Origin: Antedon mediterranea
Taxonomy: Eukaryota; Animalia; Echinodermata
NCBI RefSeq assembly: GCF_964355755.1
Contig: NC_092677.1
Coordinates: 12,918,101 to 12,982,100, forward strand
Direction of reading: 5' to 3'
DNA length: 64,000 nucleotides
The position numbers were made by a program, and so were the translations under genes. Position 1 is the first letter of the stretch; each line of letters begins with the position of its first letter. Below, piece after piece: positions 26,699 through 40,966 of this stretch. Below the pieces are notes generated by a model. It ran no database searches and had not been told where the DNA came from. It saw only the letters and a program-made list of their open reading frames with translations.

Positions 26699-28228
26699 AT
26701 TCAAATTGTCATGCGTTGGGGAAGGGGGACGGGGAAGTCGAGGTTTCTTTTCATCAACATCACGATTGAAAATGAATAAAAAAAAAGAGAACCAAAAATA
26801 GTAGTAGTATAGTAATAGTATGCCTATTATCCGCGTTAGAAAATCTTGTTTTTTTGGTAAAAAATGTTTATATTTTACCGCGATTACATAACGTTTATTT
26901 TATTGTAATAAAATTATGTGTTAAACAATTTATTTCCAGTTAATATTGTTCGTACTATGTATATATATATATATATATTTTTTTTTATCTGTCAACGATT
27001 TTAACTTTTATATGAATTTTATATAATCATTGTAAATTTTTAAGCCTTTAATATATTTTATGTCATTTGAATATTTAATATTTTATGTGTTGTACTGTAT
27101 GTTTGTTTTATCGAGGGCCCTGAATGATCAGTTCTATTAGGAACTGGATAGGCTACCCTCAGTAAATATGGTAATAAAATAAAAAAAATAAAAAATAAAA
27201 TAAATAAATATGATCTAATTTTAATTCAACCATTGTTAAGTTTTTATTATTATTATTACTAGGTAATGATTACACCACATCATTTCCTAACTCTTTGAAA
27301 ACAAAGCAGCTTATTGTATTAACCTAGATTGGGGAGACTTTAGTTCAAATATCTGTTTTCTTTCCGTTTAAGAATAGTTATACTTCCTTCCTTTTATTAT
27401 TTTTATTCAGCTACTTCATCCAGGAAAAGTGACTTGACTCCATGACTAGTGAAACAACCACGAATTAACGACACAACTTATCGAAAAACGTTTCAACCCC
27501 ACACGGTGGCAGATCATATACGTTTAATAAACATTTTGAAACAGACAGTGAAAATTGGTTTATAAAGTATTAACTAATAGAAACCACTTCCAAAATATTT
27601 GATAATTTAAGTTCCTAACACATTTGAAACAGCCTGAAAATTGGTTTATAGAAGTAATATATTATTGGAAATCGCTACCATTGGTGGGGGTCTATTTTAT
27701 CTCAACTATCTATAATTTCAACCCACCGTAACACATTTTAAAACATCAGACAACTAATATTTGTTGTCATTTTTCATAAATCACAATTTAGTTGTTTTTG
27801 ACAAACCAATTAGAGAAGTAGACAATTGAGATTTGTTTTGATAACGCATCCTGAAAAAAAGTTCCGGACTTTAACTTCTCTGTTGTTGGTGGTCCTGGAT
27901 TGTTCCACTACGTAACGGCGGATTTCACCAATACACACATAAAATTTCAATTTAAATATTGTTGTATTTAAAAATGTATTATTACCAGCATTTTTAATAG
28001 AAAATTTCCTGTTACTAATAAATTAGAGATTTTATCGATAGTACACCGGTAATTGATGAGCAATTCATTTTCATCTTAGAATGATTTCATACATGAAATG
28101 GTAGAGTCTGAATTTAAGTTTATTTACTCCTTTCACGGTTGAGAGGTGGTCGTCTGCCCTGGATCCGACTTCCGTCATTTCATGGAAGTAAAAGGAAGGG
28201 ACGAACACGTATAAAGTGTTGAATCAAA

Positions 28229-28429
28229 ATGCCTTCCAAAGTACGGCTTTCAAATGATGAGCAGTTCTGGGTTATGTGCCAAGTTAAGCATGGACTTCGG
28301 ACGGTGGACGAGGCATTGGAATTTATAAGACAAGAACATTCAAGAGATGGAGTTGAAGTAACTGATGTTGAATTGGATTATGACGCACAATACCCTACCT
28401 GTAAAGATCCACAGTACTTTGAAGAGGAG
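28229..28429 (+). CDS. Putative first coding exon of an unidentified gene divergent from MARCHF6
   Basis: AAAATGC start context; 67 protein-like codons (MPSKVRLSNDEQFWVMCQVKHGLRTVDEALEFIRQ..YFEEE); strong phase-0 donor GAG|GTGAGT. Confidence 0.65.
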
Positions 28430-30092
28430 GTGAGTGCCCATTCATAGTCATTTACATTTCCTGGGGTATGGGGCCTAGCTCTTCATTCAAATACCATAAA
28501 ATATCATGATATACAGTATAGTAATTTTCTTCAGATTATATGTTTATATTTTTGTTTAAAAAAATAAAATTACTTGTTGGTTTATTAAATTAAAATATTA
28601 TTACTGTTGTGTATTAGCCACCTGTGTGGGGGAAATATGTTAATTATTGCAGATTGAAAAATGAACAATTCTTATTGGTATGTAAAGTAGGTATGGAAGG
28701 CAAGTAAAAACAAAGAAGAAAGTGTACACAGGGACTGAAAATAGAATAGAAGCATCATTCAGTCAATTCAGGATTGAAAGCTAAATAAACGAAAGTAACA
28801 ATTGGTACTGTCAACAGCACCAATGACATCATGTAGTGTGTGTTATTTTTATTTGCATCATTGACTGTGGGCTTAGTTCCTGCACCGATGATAACCGTAA
28901 GCCGCACTACTGTATGGCAATAGCCTCAACATCAACATTGTCTATTGGCACGGTCCACCATGCTGATAGCAAATACTCTAATGCAATAGAAAACAGTGGT
29001 TGACTGCAAACAAGGAATAGTATAATTTCTCTCTTCCCCGGCACGACGATAGCTTTTAATATCTCCAACGAAATTTGTTTCTAACCAGTTTTTGTATCAT
29101 CATAACCCTTAATTTGTGTGTTTCTTCTTCCTTGATTGCAAAAGAAAAGTGGATGTATGAGATGCTGTATTATATATCAGATGATTTCAGGGAATTTGTT
29201 GCACCCTGGGTCTGCTAACCTCCTTAGAAACTAATATACTCAGTTTACCATTAATTTCCTGCCGATATTGGAGTGTTTTACAAAGCTCTTCCTCATTCGG
29301 GTGTATTTTTTATAACTATATAACCTGATACCTGTTATTGAAAGATGCTCAATAACGAGTTTTAAATGGGTTGAATGGGCAAACACTTTAAGCTATGTAA
29401 CGTCACACAACATAAAGGAAATATGAATTAATTCATCTGAGATTGTTTCTCTCTATTGTAACCAGTAACCAGTAGTGTGAACTCACAGTACAATTGGCAG
29501 AAACCACTGTAGCTATAGATTGTAATATTTTCTATACATAGTTCTTTACTTAGAAAGGTGTAGAATAATCATATCTTGCAAAACTTTAACTTTGATCTAT
29601 AACTAATTTTTATGGAATCATAACTTTACCGTAATTGATTAGTGTCAATGATTAATTTATTTAATTTAAAAATATCATTAATTTCATTTAATTTCTGCCA
29701 TGTCATATCCAAATTCAAATTAACCTAAAAGATTAGTTATTATGACAATCAAATAGACATTTTAATGTCACTCAAAGAATGAAATGGAATTAAACCTTAT
29801 TAGAATAAATACATTTACAGCAAAGATAACGTGAACATACTGACATGACTTAGGAATGTTAGAATACTCCGGTACTGACTCAGGTATAAGCCTGCCCTGG
29901 AGAGTAAGCCCGACCTGTGGAGTACTGTACATTTCTGCTAATCTAAGATAAAGTTAGCAAATGGGTACTAAAAATGTTTCATAACAATATTTTAATACTC
30001 CACCAAATGTGAAGTAGTAATTTTCAAGCATGCTGCCATTTTGGACCATCTCCTAAATTTTTGACCTCTTCCCTTCCCTTAATTTTGACCTA

Positions 30093-30215
30093 CAGTAAAA
30101 CCCCTCCTTTGGGACATCTCTATCTTTCGTTCCTGTGAAACGGACATGTTTTAACACTATGGTCAAAACCCCTATTTGGACACAACTAAATGTCCCTTTA
30201 AATATAATTCTACTG
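30093..30215. mobile_element. Tigger/pogo-like MITE
   Basis: TA|CAGTAAAACCCCTCC ... TTCTACTG|TA. Confidence 0.55.
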
Positions 30216-31716
30216 TACATTCAATACTAAAAACAATTTTTAAAATGTTTTTAAAAGTTTTATTATATTCACAATTTAGTGAATTATTAGTGAGCCCTCA
30301 AAAATCCAACAAAGTGATAACATCAAGTACATAATTATAAAACATTTGTCATCAATAACATTATTCATCATCACAGTACTAGTTACATGTTAACTAATAA
30401 CCGAGGCTTATCTGCATATAATCTGCATATACTGTATGTAGGAAGTTTCCATTTTATCATCATATACCTTTGATAATAGAGTAATCTTCAATCTAAATTA
30501 TATAAAAGGAAAAGAAAAAAATGTTATCAAGATTTTGATTTAAATAAAAGACTAATGGAAGGTATGACAACTGGAAGGAAACATCAAGATAAAGTAAGCA
30601 CTTAAAGCAGTAGTAGTTCATAAGTTCATTTTTATGCTTTTTTGAAAATAAATATTAAATTAAATTATTCAAATTTTAGAAAAAAGAAATGTCAAACAGC
30701 CAGCCGAGGGTTGAAATAGATAGTGTGTAACCATATCATTAAGACTTATATAGCACACATTATGTATACATGTCATATAAGAGTGATTGTACAATGCTAC
30801 TATATGTGACCCATATAGAACAGGGAATTTCCCTAATTTTACCTTTGCAAAATATAGGTGTTATGTTACTTATAGTCCAGGAGTATTAGACAAAAAAAGG
30901 GCCAAAGGTAGAAATAAATATGCTAAAGCTGAATTTTTCAGGATAGGTCCCCAATGTTGTCTGGAACAACATACTAAAAGTCCCCGGGTTTCCCCGTTGT
31001 GCTTCAACCTGATTGGGCCATTTTTCAAAATGGCGGCCATCTTAACATTATTGATAATAATAATAATAACAATTATAATTCTATATCAATTATAATAAAT
31101 AACAATATATATATATAATGACAATATTAACTATAGTAATGATTACTACAATTTTAAATGTAAATATGTATATGTTTGTATGATGTAATGTTTAAGCGGA
31201 TATTAGCCCATGATGGCATTTGCAGCTATAAAGAAATTGAAGTGAATTGAATAATCTGTAATAATATTTGATCTTTATTGCAATAATCATAATATAATGT
31301 AAGATGTAGGCTGACGGATAAAACCACAATATTTACATACAGTAATACAGTAAGATATCATACAAATATAGAACATTGAAAATAGATTGTAATCATAAAC
31401 AATAGTGTAGGAAAATAATACTAATATTAGCATGTGTTAAATGGATAAAGAGGACTGTATACTGTAATTGCTTTTGATAGAATACTATATCATAGGTAAA
31501 ACAGGGAAATCCCCTAATTCTCCCTATAGGTATGTATGTAGATCACCAAGCCACTTCAGGTTCTAGTTAAATGTTATTGGGGATGTTTCATAAAATTCAC
31601 ATTTGCTAATTTAAGTTACTGGCACCAACCATTTTTTTTACTAGTACCAGAAACCATGATATTTAGATACTGACATTTTATGAAAAAAAAACCAAACAGT
31701 ATAGCACTCAGACTAA

Positions 31717-31866
31717 AGCTCTGTCTACACTATCAAACTAGTTTGACAAAAAAAAGTGTGCCCAAATATATAGTGTTATACTTTAAATATGGTAGTGATA
31801 TGACATCTTCATGTCCATATATGTGCACATTTTTTGTCAAATTAGTTTGATAGTGCTGACAGAGCT
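31717..31866. mobile_element. Harbinger-type MITE family A
   Basis: TAA|AGCTCTGTCTACACTATCAAAC ... GATAGTGCTGACAGAGCT|TTA. Confidence 0.8.
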
Positions 31867-34232
31867 TTAAACTAAGCACTTAAACTAAAACAAGCCATAA
31901 CATAACATTGTAAACAGAAGACCAACATTTTAGTAATTTTTCCCAAGAAAATTGCTTCAAATTTTGCTATAGCTATGTCAGTCATAATACTATGCAGATC
32001 ACTATACATTTCAGAACTATGCACCATTAACGATAAATGTGATGTCATCATTTACTACTCAAATTAACACTAACAAAGATTGCTATTGTCATATTTAGTT
32101 GTATCAAGTTGTCAAATTATTTAATTAAACAATTTATAGTTTATGACAGGAAATGTGATGTTTTATTAACAGGAAGTGGGATTGATTATGCATAAAATTA
32201 ACATTTGAAATTGAATAAAGTGGCACTTTAAATCAAGTAATAGACATCCTAATGTCACCTTTTTAGTTTAATGTGTACAGGAAAGTAATTCATTACTTAC
32301 TTCATTATTTAATTTGCTACATATATCTAGGCCTATATTTTTTTTACTACCAAATTTGCGGTACTTATTAATCAAACCATTGGACAAAACTACTTAAATT
32401 GAACTTTAAATTTAATCATAGAGCTAAAGTTTAAAGTATATTAAAGCATATTGACCAAAAGCTTAAACTCATTTTAATACTTAATTTTATTTGTTTTAAA
32501 CATCCTCTGTCTTTTACAGGAAAAATTAATTATAGCCATTATTTAGCTCTACTCAACTGTTGGCTGTACCTTTTACCATTTAGATACTTTATTAAATAAT
32601 TATGCTAAACTAATATTTTTACAGGAAAATTTTAGTAAATATATTAAATACAGATTGACAATACATATTTTACCATCTTGGTGACTTTTATAATAATTAT
32701 GTAATAGTTATTTTATATACTTTACCTGTTTTGATGTCACTTTTATGTATTTTAAGGAAAAATTCAGTTCATACTGGTTGTAGTCGAGAGGTTTTAACGT
32801 CTGCAGTTCAAAACTATGACTCAGTTTTGCTTGTACCTTCACAGGACAAACCCTTGTCAGCTAGCACTCTCGTAATAACAAATTTGAGTGTTGTAAAATG
32901 CTTTAGTAAGGATTTTTAACTGTGAAATTTAAAACGGTTTTGATTTGTTATAATACTATGGATTTTTAGTCTTTTCTTTGGAACATCATTTTTGGCAAAA
33001 AATGGTAAGTATCAAATATTTGATTTTTGTGTACTCATCCTAAATAGTTGTTTTCTTAAAAAAAAAAACAACTTAAAAGTACCTATAGCATGAAATTAAT
33101 TAGATATTTTTTCTTTGGTTTGTTTCCACTAGGCTTATATCTAGATATATTTAAAAAAATAGGATTCTAGATATAGGGACAATGAAAACTAAACTTAACT
33201 GCTGGTCGTATACACGGCTAAGGAAAACACCTTTCCTTAAAATTAAATTCTCCTATCTAACTGATTGCCATTGAAAGTGAAATCCTGAAGTATTTACCGA
33301 CTTAAGAATGTTGTGAGCCTTAGCTTACCTGGATAAACCGACAATAGCCTTTTTCCCTCTTAGGGAATACAAAAAACAAACAAAAACACCTTTTTAAGAT
33401 AATGGTATCATCTGTGATACTTAATTTATATCATTTATTAGACAATCCACCATCACTTGTATAGATGTCTATAAACTTATCTGTTCTCATAGCCACAAAT
33501 ACTTTATATTGCATTATATAGTATTTGTCTATATTTTCTTAACAATAACAAGTTCATGAAGATTTATCTACTAATAAAAGCTGAGGCAGCTGCTTAATGA
33601 ATGTTTTCCTTTGTTTCAAAAGTATTTGGTCAAAATATGAACTAAACATTATTCATACTCATATTAAATGAGTCAGTCCATTTACTTTGTCTCATTTTGT
33701 AAGTACTGTAGTTAAAGTAACATTACTTTATGAACTTAACCCTATGTTCTTATAACTTACTCTTAATTTTATGTATTTAATCTGCCTATTGAAACATGCT
33801 ATCATTAGTGTCAATTATTTCAATTGATAATATAACATTAACAATAGGAGCTTTCTTTTTGACAACCTAAAATTGGACCTACAAAATAAATATAATATTA
33901 TTTTACTATTCAGTATTTCTAAATGAAAATTTTAATAATGTTAATTTAATAACAATTTCTTATTATTAAATAATTAATTTGTTATTTTACATCCACAAAA
34001 TATAAGGCCAAACTAAATTGATCAATATTTGTATATATAGTTTATTCATTGGCATTAGATATCTTTTACAAAGGATAACCATATGTTTTCTGAGAATTCT
34101 TCTGATTGATTCATATGATTAAACTGTTAATTTACACTTGGTATTTATGATTCAATCTTACTAAAGTGTCCAATAGATTAACACAAGTCTTTAAATTTAG
34201 TTACTTGGATTACATTACAGTACTGTACTGCA

Positions 34233-34357
34233 GTACACAACGCATATATAGTTCTGAAAAGAACTGTTGAGTTTCTCGACATTTCAATCAATATACTTTG
34301 ATCCTCCTCAGGAGTGCTAAACGTTGAGAAACTTCAACAGTTTTTTTTTCAGAACTA
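34233..34357 (-). ncRNA. Minimal hammerhead ribozyme motif within an inverted repeat (Penelope-like relic)
   Basis: Minus strand 34314-34275: CTC-CTGAGGA-G-GATCAA(agtata)TTGATT-GAAA-TG-TC-GAG. Flanked by inverted TAGTTCTGAAAA..CTGTTGA..TTTCTC arms. Confidence 0.6.
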
Positions 34358-34921
34358 TTGATTTCGCCATTCAAACAATATAGTACTGTACTGTATATAT
34401 CTATTGAAAGTTTGTGGAATCTTCTTGGGGAAGGATATAGTTAAGTTACTAGTTTTATTCTTAATGATTGATTTATGAGCATGTTGTTATTTTGCAACTT
34501 ACATCTCTACTCGTCATTATTGGCATTGTGGGTTTTCCAGTCATTATTATACAAACATTGAGTTGTTAATCACTTACATTAAATACACTAGAAATCTTTA
34601 ATGAAATAATAAAACCATATGAAACTAGAATTGATAAAATTATCTGCACGTTTAAAACATTCTTTTAACTGAAGTATAGCTATAAAACTACGTAACTTCC
34701 TTTTTGTGTCCTTCAGATATGACATTAAGCTGTTGGACCTACTGTTTTCATTATACCTTGCCGACAGATGATTTCATTTCATAACTATAACTTGATGTTG
34801 TTAAATATTAGTGCTGCAGAGTTACTGATAAAATATTTTAAAAATTTATTTATTTAAAGAAAATATCAAAACAATTATTGTAGTGTTAAATATTTATAAT
34901 ACATCAAGATTTGCTGTTATT

Positions 34922-35147
34922 AAGGGACAATGTTAAAATAATTCTACTGAAGTTACTGCAATTTACATTTTGTTTAATACTCTTTAACCTATGCATTTGT
35001 TTAGCAATCTTTTTTGTTGTAATCATACAAGCTGTTTGTTGTATTGACTGCCTCATAGTCTTCGAAACAAAAAAAAATCGTTATTACAGTAAAAAATGTA
35101 GTTACGTCTGCAGTAAACTGCAGTAGAGTAATTTTGATATGGTATTA
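34922..35147. mobile_element. MITE, same family as 18452
   Basis: ATTCTACTGAAGTTACTGCA ... TGCAGTAAACTGCAGTAGAGT inverted ends. Confidence 0.5.
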
Positions 35148-36525
35148 AAAATTGCCTGTAATAGTACTCATCATTGGCTCATCTGCAAAGCATGTGATGA
35201 ATGTATTTACAGCGATGTTACTAAGGCAACACTTTTTGATACTCGTTGTTTCCTTGTTCTACCTGTAAAGTTGAGTGATTTTGAAGAATTACCTTTGACC
35301 GAACTTTGACTTTTAAATGAACCACGAAAACCAAGAATATTTGCTATTTATATATTGATCATGACTTTGTAACTTGGATCTTATATTTTCTAATTCAATT
35401 TTTCAAACAATTAAAACTTTGTACAGGTATTTGATATCTGTTCTATATCACAGCACGTATGTTTTGAATAAATATAATTGGGTACTGTACAAATGAGTAA
35501 ATTGTTTTCTAGTGTAGAAGGGGGAGACATTTCTCTCCTCCAGGTGTGGTACACGCCCAAACTTTTCATCGCCAAACCCATTGTTTTCAAAGCAGCAACT
35601 TTGCTTTGCTATGAATTTCTCTAGCAAGATAGTTTTTCATTTCTTTTTTGCACAAACAATGTGTAAAAATTGTTGGTTATAACAAAAATTGTGTGTGCGT
35701 TGTAATATTATTATTGATAATGACCTCTACTATTTTGGTGTATTTTCGCTACCAATTAAAATCTACTTTCTAAACTCAGAAAAGGTCTTACTTCTAATTA
35801 AATAAGCCTGACCTTACCTATTAACTTAATAAACACATGAACTTTATCGAGTATCAAGAAGCTTTAAATCTGCGTTTTTATTTACAGTGGGTAAGATTTT
35901 CTAAACATGGATGCAGTATAACAATGAAAGTGCATTGGTCGTTATTTTTTAAACTGATAATATACATTTTATGTTTGTTTTTTCAAATAAAATTTTTTTT
36001 TTGTGATTGTATAATTTGGCATTTATGATACGTACTGTACAGAAACATAAATTATATATTTATTGAACTTTCAAATTTACATGGATTCAATTCATTTTTA
36101 GACTTCCTGTCGTACCGACCTAATAGTTTAATCAGCCTTTCCCATTCTTTCCTGTCTATCTGTCTTTCTTAATTTCTCCTTCTTAATTATTACATCATAG
36201 AACACCAAAATTCACATACTGTAGCATTATACAATGATTACAATTATAAAATGACAAAATAAATGTTTAAATTCAACCAAAAAAACCTGGCAGCCAATTT
36301 GACTATTTTTTTGCTTTAAATTACAGTTTTTTCAGGTAAATAAATTTTGTTCCTATCCAATTTTTGGTCAAAATTGATAACTTTTATGCGACATTAAAAT
36401 GGCATATTCAACAAAAATTTTAATAAATTATTTTGTCAAAGGGACAATACATCTTGAAGGTAATATGCATACTATGAAACAAGTTTATGAACATCATGCA
36501 CTGTGATTTTATTTCTTCGTCAATT

Positions 36526-37128
36526 GGGACTTTCAGATTTTCACGTTGACCATGTCGACTGCTACCCTATTACGTAAATTTATGATATGCGCATGCGCTA
36601 GGCGACTGGTACCTCAACTGGCAAATTTGAGCACTTGTTCAGTGGCATTTTGACGTTCGCTCTCTGACATGAGTACATGTACGTACGTATGACGTCATAA
36701 CACAGTAAATGTGTTGTGATGATTTTCTGAGAATGTAAAGAGAATTTCAATCAAATTATATTTGCAAACTGATTTGATTTGTATTGGTTATTTTAAATAA
36801 AGCTTGTAATAATACAGGTTATGGCCTGGACACAAGCCTTCATTCATAAAATTAAGGATCTCGGCTAGGCCTACGCTACACACTTAACCTGACCTAAGCT
36901 TGTGTACTTCCACCGGCCCAGCACGGTGGAATAGCACCACGGACGAGCATTACAAAGAGATTACAATGTCACATCCCAAGGTCATCACCTCATACTGTAC
37001 ATTCACTGGAACATCAATGTAAATGTCCAGTTAATCTAAATGTTCATATATCTGTCAACAGGAATAGTTGACTACGACCCATGTGGCCGTGACCACTGTG
37101 TGCAGCTACACTCAATCTAAAAGTTCCT
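36526..37128. mobile_element. Non-autonomous TIR element, about 600 bp
   Basis: GGGACTTTCAGATT ... AATCTAAAAGTTCC imperfect TIR around a relatively GC/CpG-rich interior. Confidence 0.45.
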
Positions 37129-38116
37129 ATCTACTTGCTATTGACATTCTATTCATGTATTTAATAGCAAGTTTGTAAGATCTCCCTAATTTATTATTTT
37201 TTTTGTTTTCATTATATATTTGTATATTGTATGTATATCAAATGTAAATCAACCAACCAAATTTCATACTTTTATGTACCTAGTTGTAAAAATGACAATA
37301 AATACTATCGTATCGTACCAATGATATACTGCTTTTTTTAATTTTCATTGAGAGATCACCATCAAAATGTAACGATAATCAGACGTACTGCCACGAGCAA
37401 TGACTGCTGGAATGGCGCTATATAAATCAAACGATTGATTGATATATATATTATATAATTAATTTGATTGTTTTGTTTTGATGATCGTTTGCACATCAGT
37501 GAAAAATTTGATCTGGATCTTAACAACCTTTGGATGTTTCATGCATATATTTTTTTGGTACTATACTAAAAACAGATTGATATTTGAGTTGACAGGTACG
37601 TGTCAGCTTTTGAAGGGTTCGCTAGCATTGTTTTTGTCAGGGTGACATGAATCAGGCTTGTCATTGTAGATACCAGTTCAAGGCCTTACTGAATGTAGTA
37701 AAGATGGCATGTTGGATTTTAATGTACATGACACAAGATAAAGAAGTTTATTTATAAAAATTGTTAATATTTAAAATATATGTAAATTATAAGGAAGAGA
37801 TACCAGTTTACTGATTGACCATATTGGATTTGTCATCACTGATTACTAACACATGAACAATTAAATTTAATTAAAATTCGTTTGGTGATTCACGTTTCAG
37901 ATGTGATTCAGACATGGATTGATTGAAGGACATGATAATAGGACAACTGACAGTACAATAGATAATAGTTAGTGCCATCTGATAACCAATAGCATTTATA
38001 AAGAGTTTTATTTTTAATATTTTCATCTTGTAAACCATCTTACAAATACTTCCTTAAATTCACAAAACAAATCAGAAGTCAAAAATGTAGTGCAATCTAC
38101 AACCACCTTGAAACAT

Positions 38117-38364
38117 CATCTGTATACACTTTCAAACTTTATATGAAAACAATGTGATGTGCCCATATATGGACATGAAGATGTCATATCAATACCATAT
38201 TTGGGCATATCACTACCATATTTGGGCACATCACACTTTTTTGTCAAACTTGTTTGATAGAGCTTAAAGCTCTGTCAACACTATTAAACTTAATGTGACG
38301 TGCCAATATATGGACATATGTCATATTATCATATTTGGACACATCATCATCATCACCACAAGCT
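38117..38364. mobile_element. Two tandem Harbinger-type MITE family A copies sharing one TAA
   Basis: Junction ..GATAGAGCT|TAA|AGCTCTGTCAACACTA.. at 38261-38283. Confidence 0.7.
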
Positions 38365-39196
38365 TTAATGAAAGACCTTTTGTTGACTATTGTTTATATT
38401 AATTTTTCTTGTATTTTGTCAATTCAACAACTTGATATACTGCCCTCTATTTGATAAGTGATTCTTATGTAAAACTGTATATATGGAATTAATCTGTAAA
38501 ACATCAACAAAACTTAATGAATATTGAAATTTGGAGTGTCCAAAAAAATAATAATAATTTACTGATATCAGAGTATAATTTCATATGTGGAATAATCCAA
38601 TCTCCAAATTTAGGCTAAATTCCTATACAAGACTTCTAGGAAACCTATAATCCTAACCCTAACCCCCTAATTTTACCAATTTTACTAAATTATATACCCA
38701 AGCCTCATGGGACTATATTCAGCCAAAATACAGTACGATTGAAATTTAAATGGGCCTATTTTAAACATGATGTAATTGACATATCATTTTTTTTTCAAAC
38801 AAATGCTATTATTTGTTAGCCCTTAGATATCAAACTGTACGTGTTATATGACTTCCTTATATTTCAAGTACCCTTTTATCTGTGCCTAAGGATTTCCTCT
38901 TTCATTTGTGCGTTTAAAAGCAAGACTAGTAGTCGCCCTCGTTAGAACGAAATGACCCATAAACCTTGTGTACATTAATAAAACCAGGTGATAGATAATG
39001 ATCCTGTCGCTGTGAAAATGAAACAATTTTTGAGATGATTTCTTTTGTCTTTATTATTTGACTACTGTACTATTATTGTTTACCGATAAAAAGCAGTTTA
39101 TTTGTGAAACAATCATAATATTTAAAAAGTTCCATGTACTGTAGCAAGCAACTGCTACTGTACAAAGTATGTTTCATCAAATAACTTTGATCTGAC

Positions 39197-39313
39197 TTTC
39201 TATTTACAAAACAAGTGTGATCTGCCCAAATATGGTAGTGATACAGTATGACATCATCATGTCCATATATGGGCACATCACATTTGTTTGTCACATAAAT
39301 TTTGTAGACAGAG
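39197..39313. mobile_element. Degenerate Harbinger-type MITE family A
   Basis: GCCCAAATATGGTAGTGATA..GTCCATATATGGGCACATCAC..GTAGACAGAG. Confidence 0.65.
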
Positions 39314-39332
39314 ATTAATAATACACAGTTAT

Positions 39333-39473
39333 CAGTGGCGTAACGGCTATACGTGCTCACTGGAGTTTATGGAGCATCAGAGCATGCTGTGCAGTCCAAT
39401 GCAACTACCCAGCATTGGAGGGCCCATTAGAAATGCTAAACCAAAGCCCCTTTCCCCTGCGTTTATGCCACTG
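39333..39473. mobile_element. hAT-type MITE with perfect 8-bp TSD
   Basis: ACAGTTAT|CAGTGGCGTAAC ... GTTTATGCCACTG|ACAGTTAT. Confidence 0.85.
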
Positions 39474-40816
39474 ACAGTTATAGCTATAGATAGCAGATTA
39501 CAGTTATATTCATAATTTAAAAAGAATATTTAATTTTAATATAATATATCATTTAAAAGATTCTAAAATAAAAACTTCTATTTCTAGTGAGGTTTTTTTT
39601 TACCCATTTTGAAATTAATTTGATATAGTTTAAATTTATTAAACAACCTAGAACAAGTTCACTTTTATTTATTGATAAAAGATTCTGAAATGCTTACAGG
39701 ATTCAGTTATCAAAACAGTTTTAAGTAGTAGTAAGTCTTACTAGGCTAGGATTAGTAATCCATGGTCTATGATAATTATGATATGCACCCTCTATAGTTT
39801 CTAGTTTCATAAACTTTATACTGCCAACTAAAAGTGTTGTAACCTGTTCATGCATACAAACTAACTTTGACATTCATGATACAAATCATTATCTTTCTAG
39901 CAGCTGATTATTATTATGATTCTCTAAAGCAATACCAATTTTTTATGAAAGTTTTTAAGAATATAGTTGTCTCCCAAAATTTAGTTGTGGTGCCAGGATA
40001 CGGCCACAATTGCAAGATGTGAAAAAAAAACATTGGACAACAATTATGCTGCTTCAATACATAACAGTACAATTTTACTACACTATGAATGCACCAATAA
40101 ATGATGTTAGTTGTACTACATGCAAGTACTATAGACTGTTATCCTTTACAGCATTTGCAATAATAGTATAAGTGTGAAAGAAATATCCTAAAAGGATTTT
40201 ATAGCTTTATAGTGAAATCATGAAATTGTTGACATTTTCAACAAGATTTAAACCTTGAGATTGTAGCCAGACACTTATACATAAGTTTCAACCAATCAGC
40301 AACTATCTTCCATTTTATATTGCGTTTTAATAAAAATTTGTTTTGCAATTTAAAATATTTCTAATTTAAATGAATTAAAATATAACTATGAAAACCTTGA
40401 GATGTATTAAGACTACCTTATCAGTTTCAACCAATCAGCAACAAGCAGATGATCATGGCCTTGTTCTTTTCATTAATTTATTCATGGATTATGACTATAA
40501 CATTTATATGTTCAGTTTGTATACTAGTCATAGTATAGTCACCAAGTTAATTTCAAGGTATTTGATTTAGTCAGTAACTTTCTACTTAGCGTGATATAGT
40601 CCTAATTAAAGATTCATGCGTGCCCCAATTAGTTCACACCCTACCCCTTGAACTTAAAATTGAGTCCTAAGTTTATAGCACAGGCTTATATACCAAAAGA
40701 AACCAAATTTGAGTCAGTCAGTCTGTGAGTCCATTGGCTATTACTGTTGCGTTAGTTGGATGAGTTGAACAATTTATTATTATTTTACTCCTTTACATTT
40801 GTAATTTTTCTTCTTA

Positions 40817-40966
40817 AGCATTGTCTACACTTCATGTGACAAAATATGTGATGTGCCCATATATGGACATGATGATGTCATATCACTACCATATTTGGAC
40901 ATACTGCTACCATATTTGGGCACATCACACATTTTTTTGTCAAACTAGTTTGATAGTGATAGAGCT
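40817..40966. mobile_element. Harbinger-type MITE family A
   Basis: TTA|AGCATTGTCTACAC ... GTTTGATAGTGATAGAGCT|TAA. Confidence 0.75.

Noticed and set aside
27114-27210. SECIS-like hairpin (ATGA..GA) upstream of MARCHF6
   Set aside because: The upper stem is too short, there is no apical AA and no selenoprotein upstream. A stem-loop plus (TAAAA)n tail fits a LINE 3' end better.
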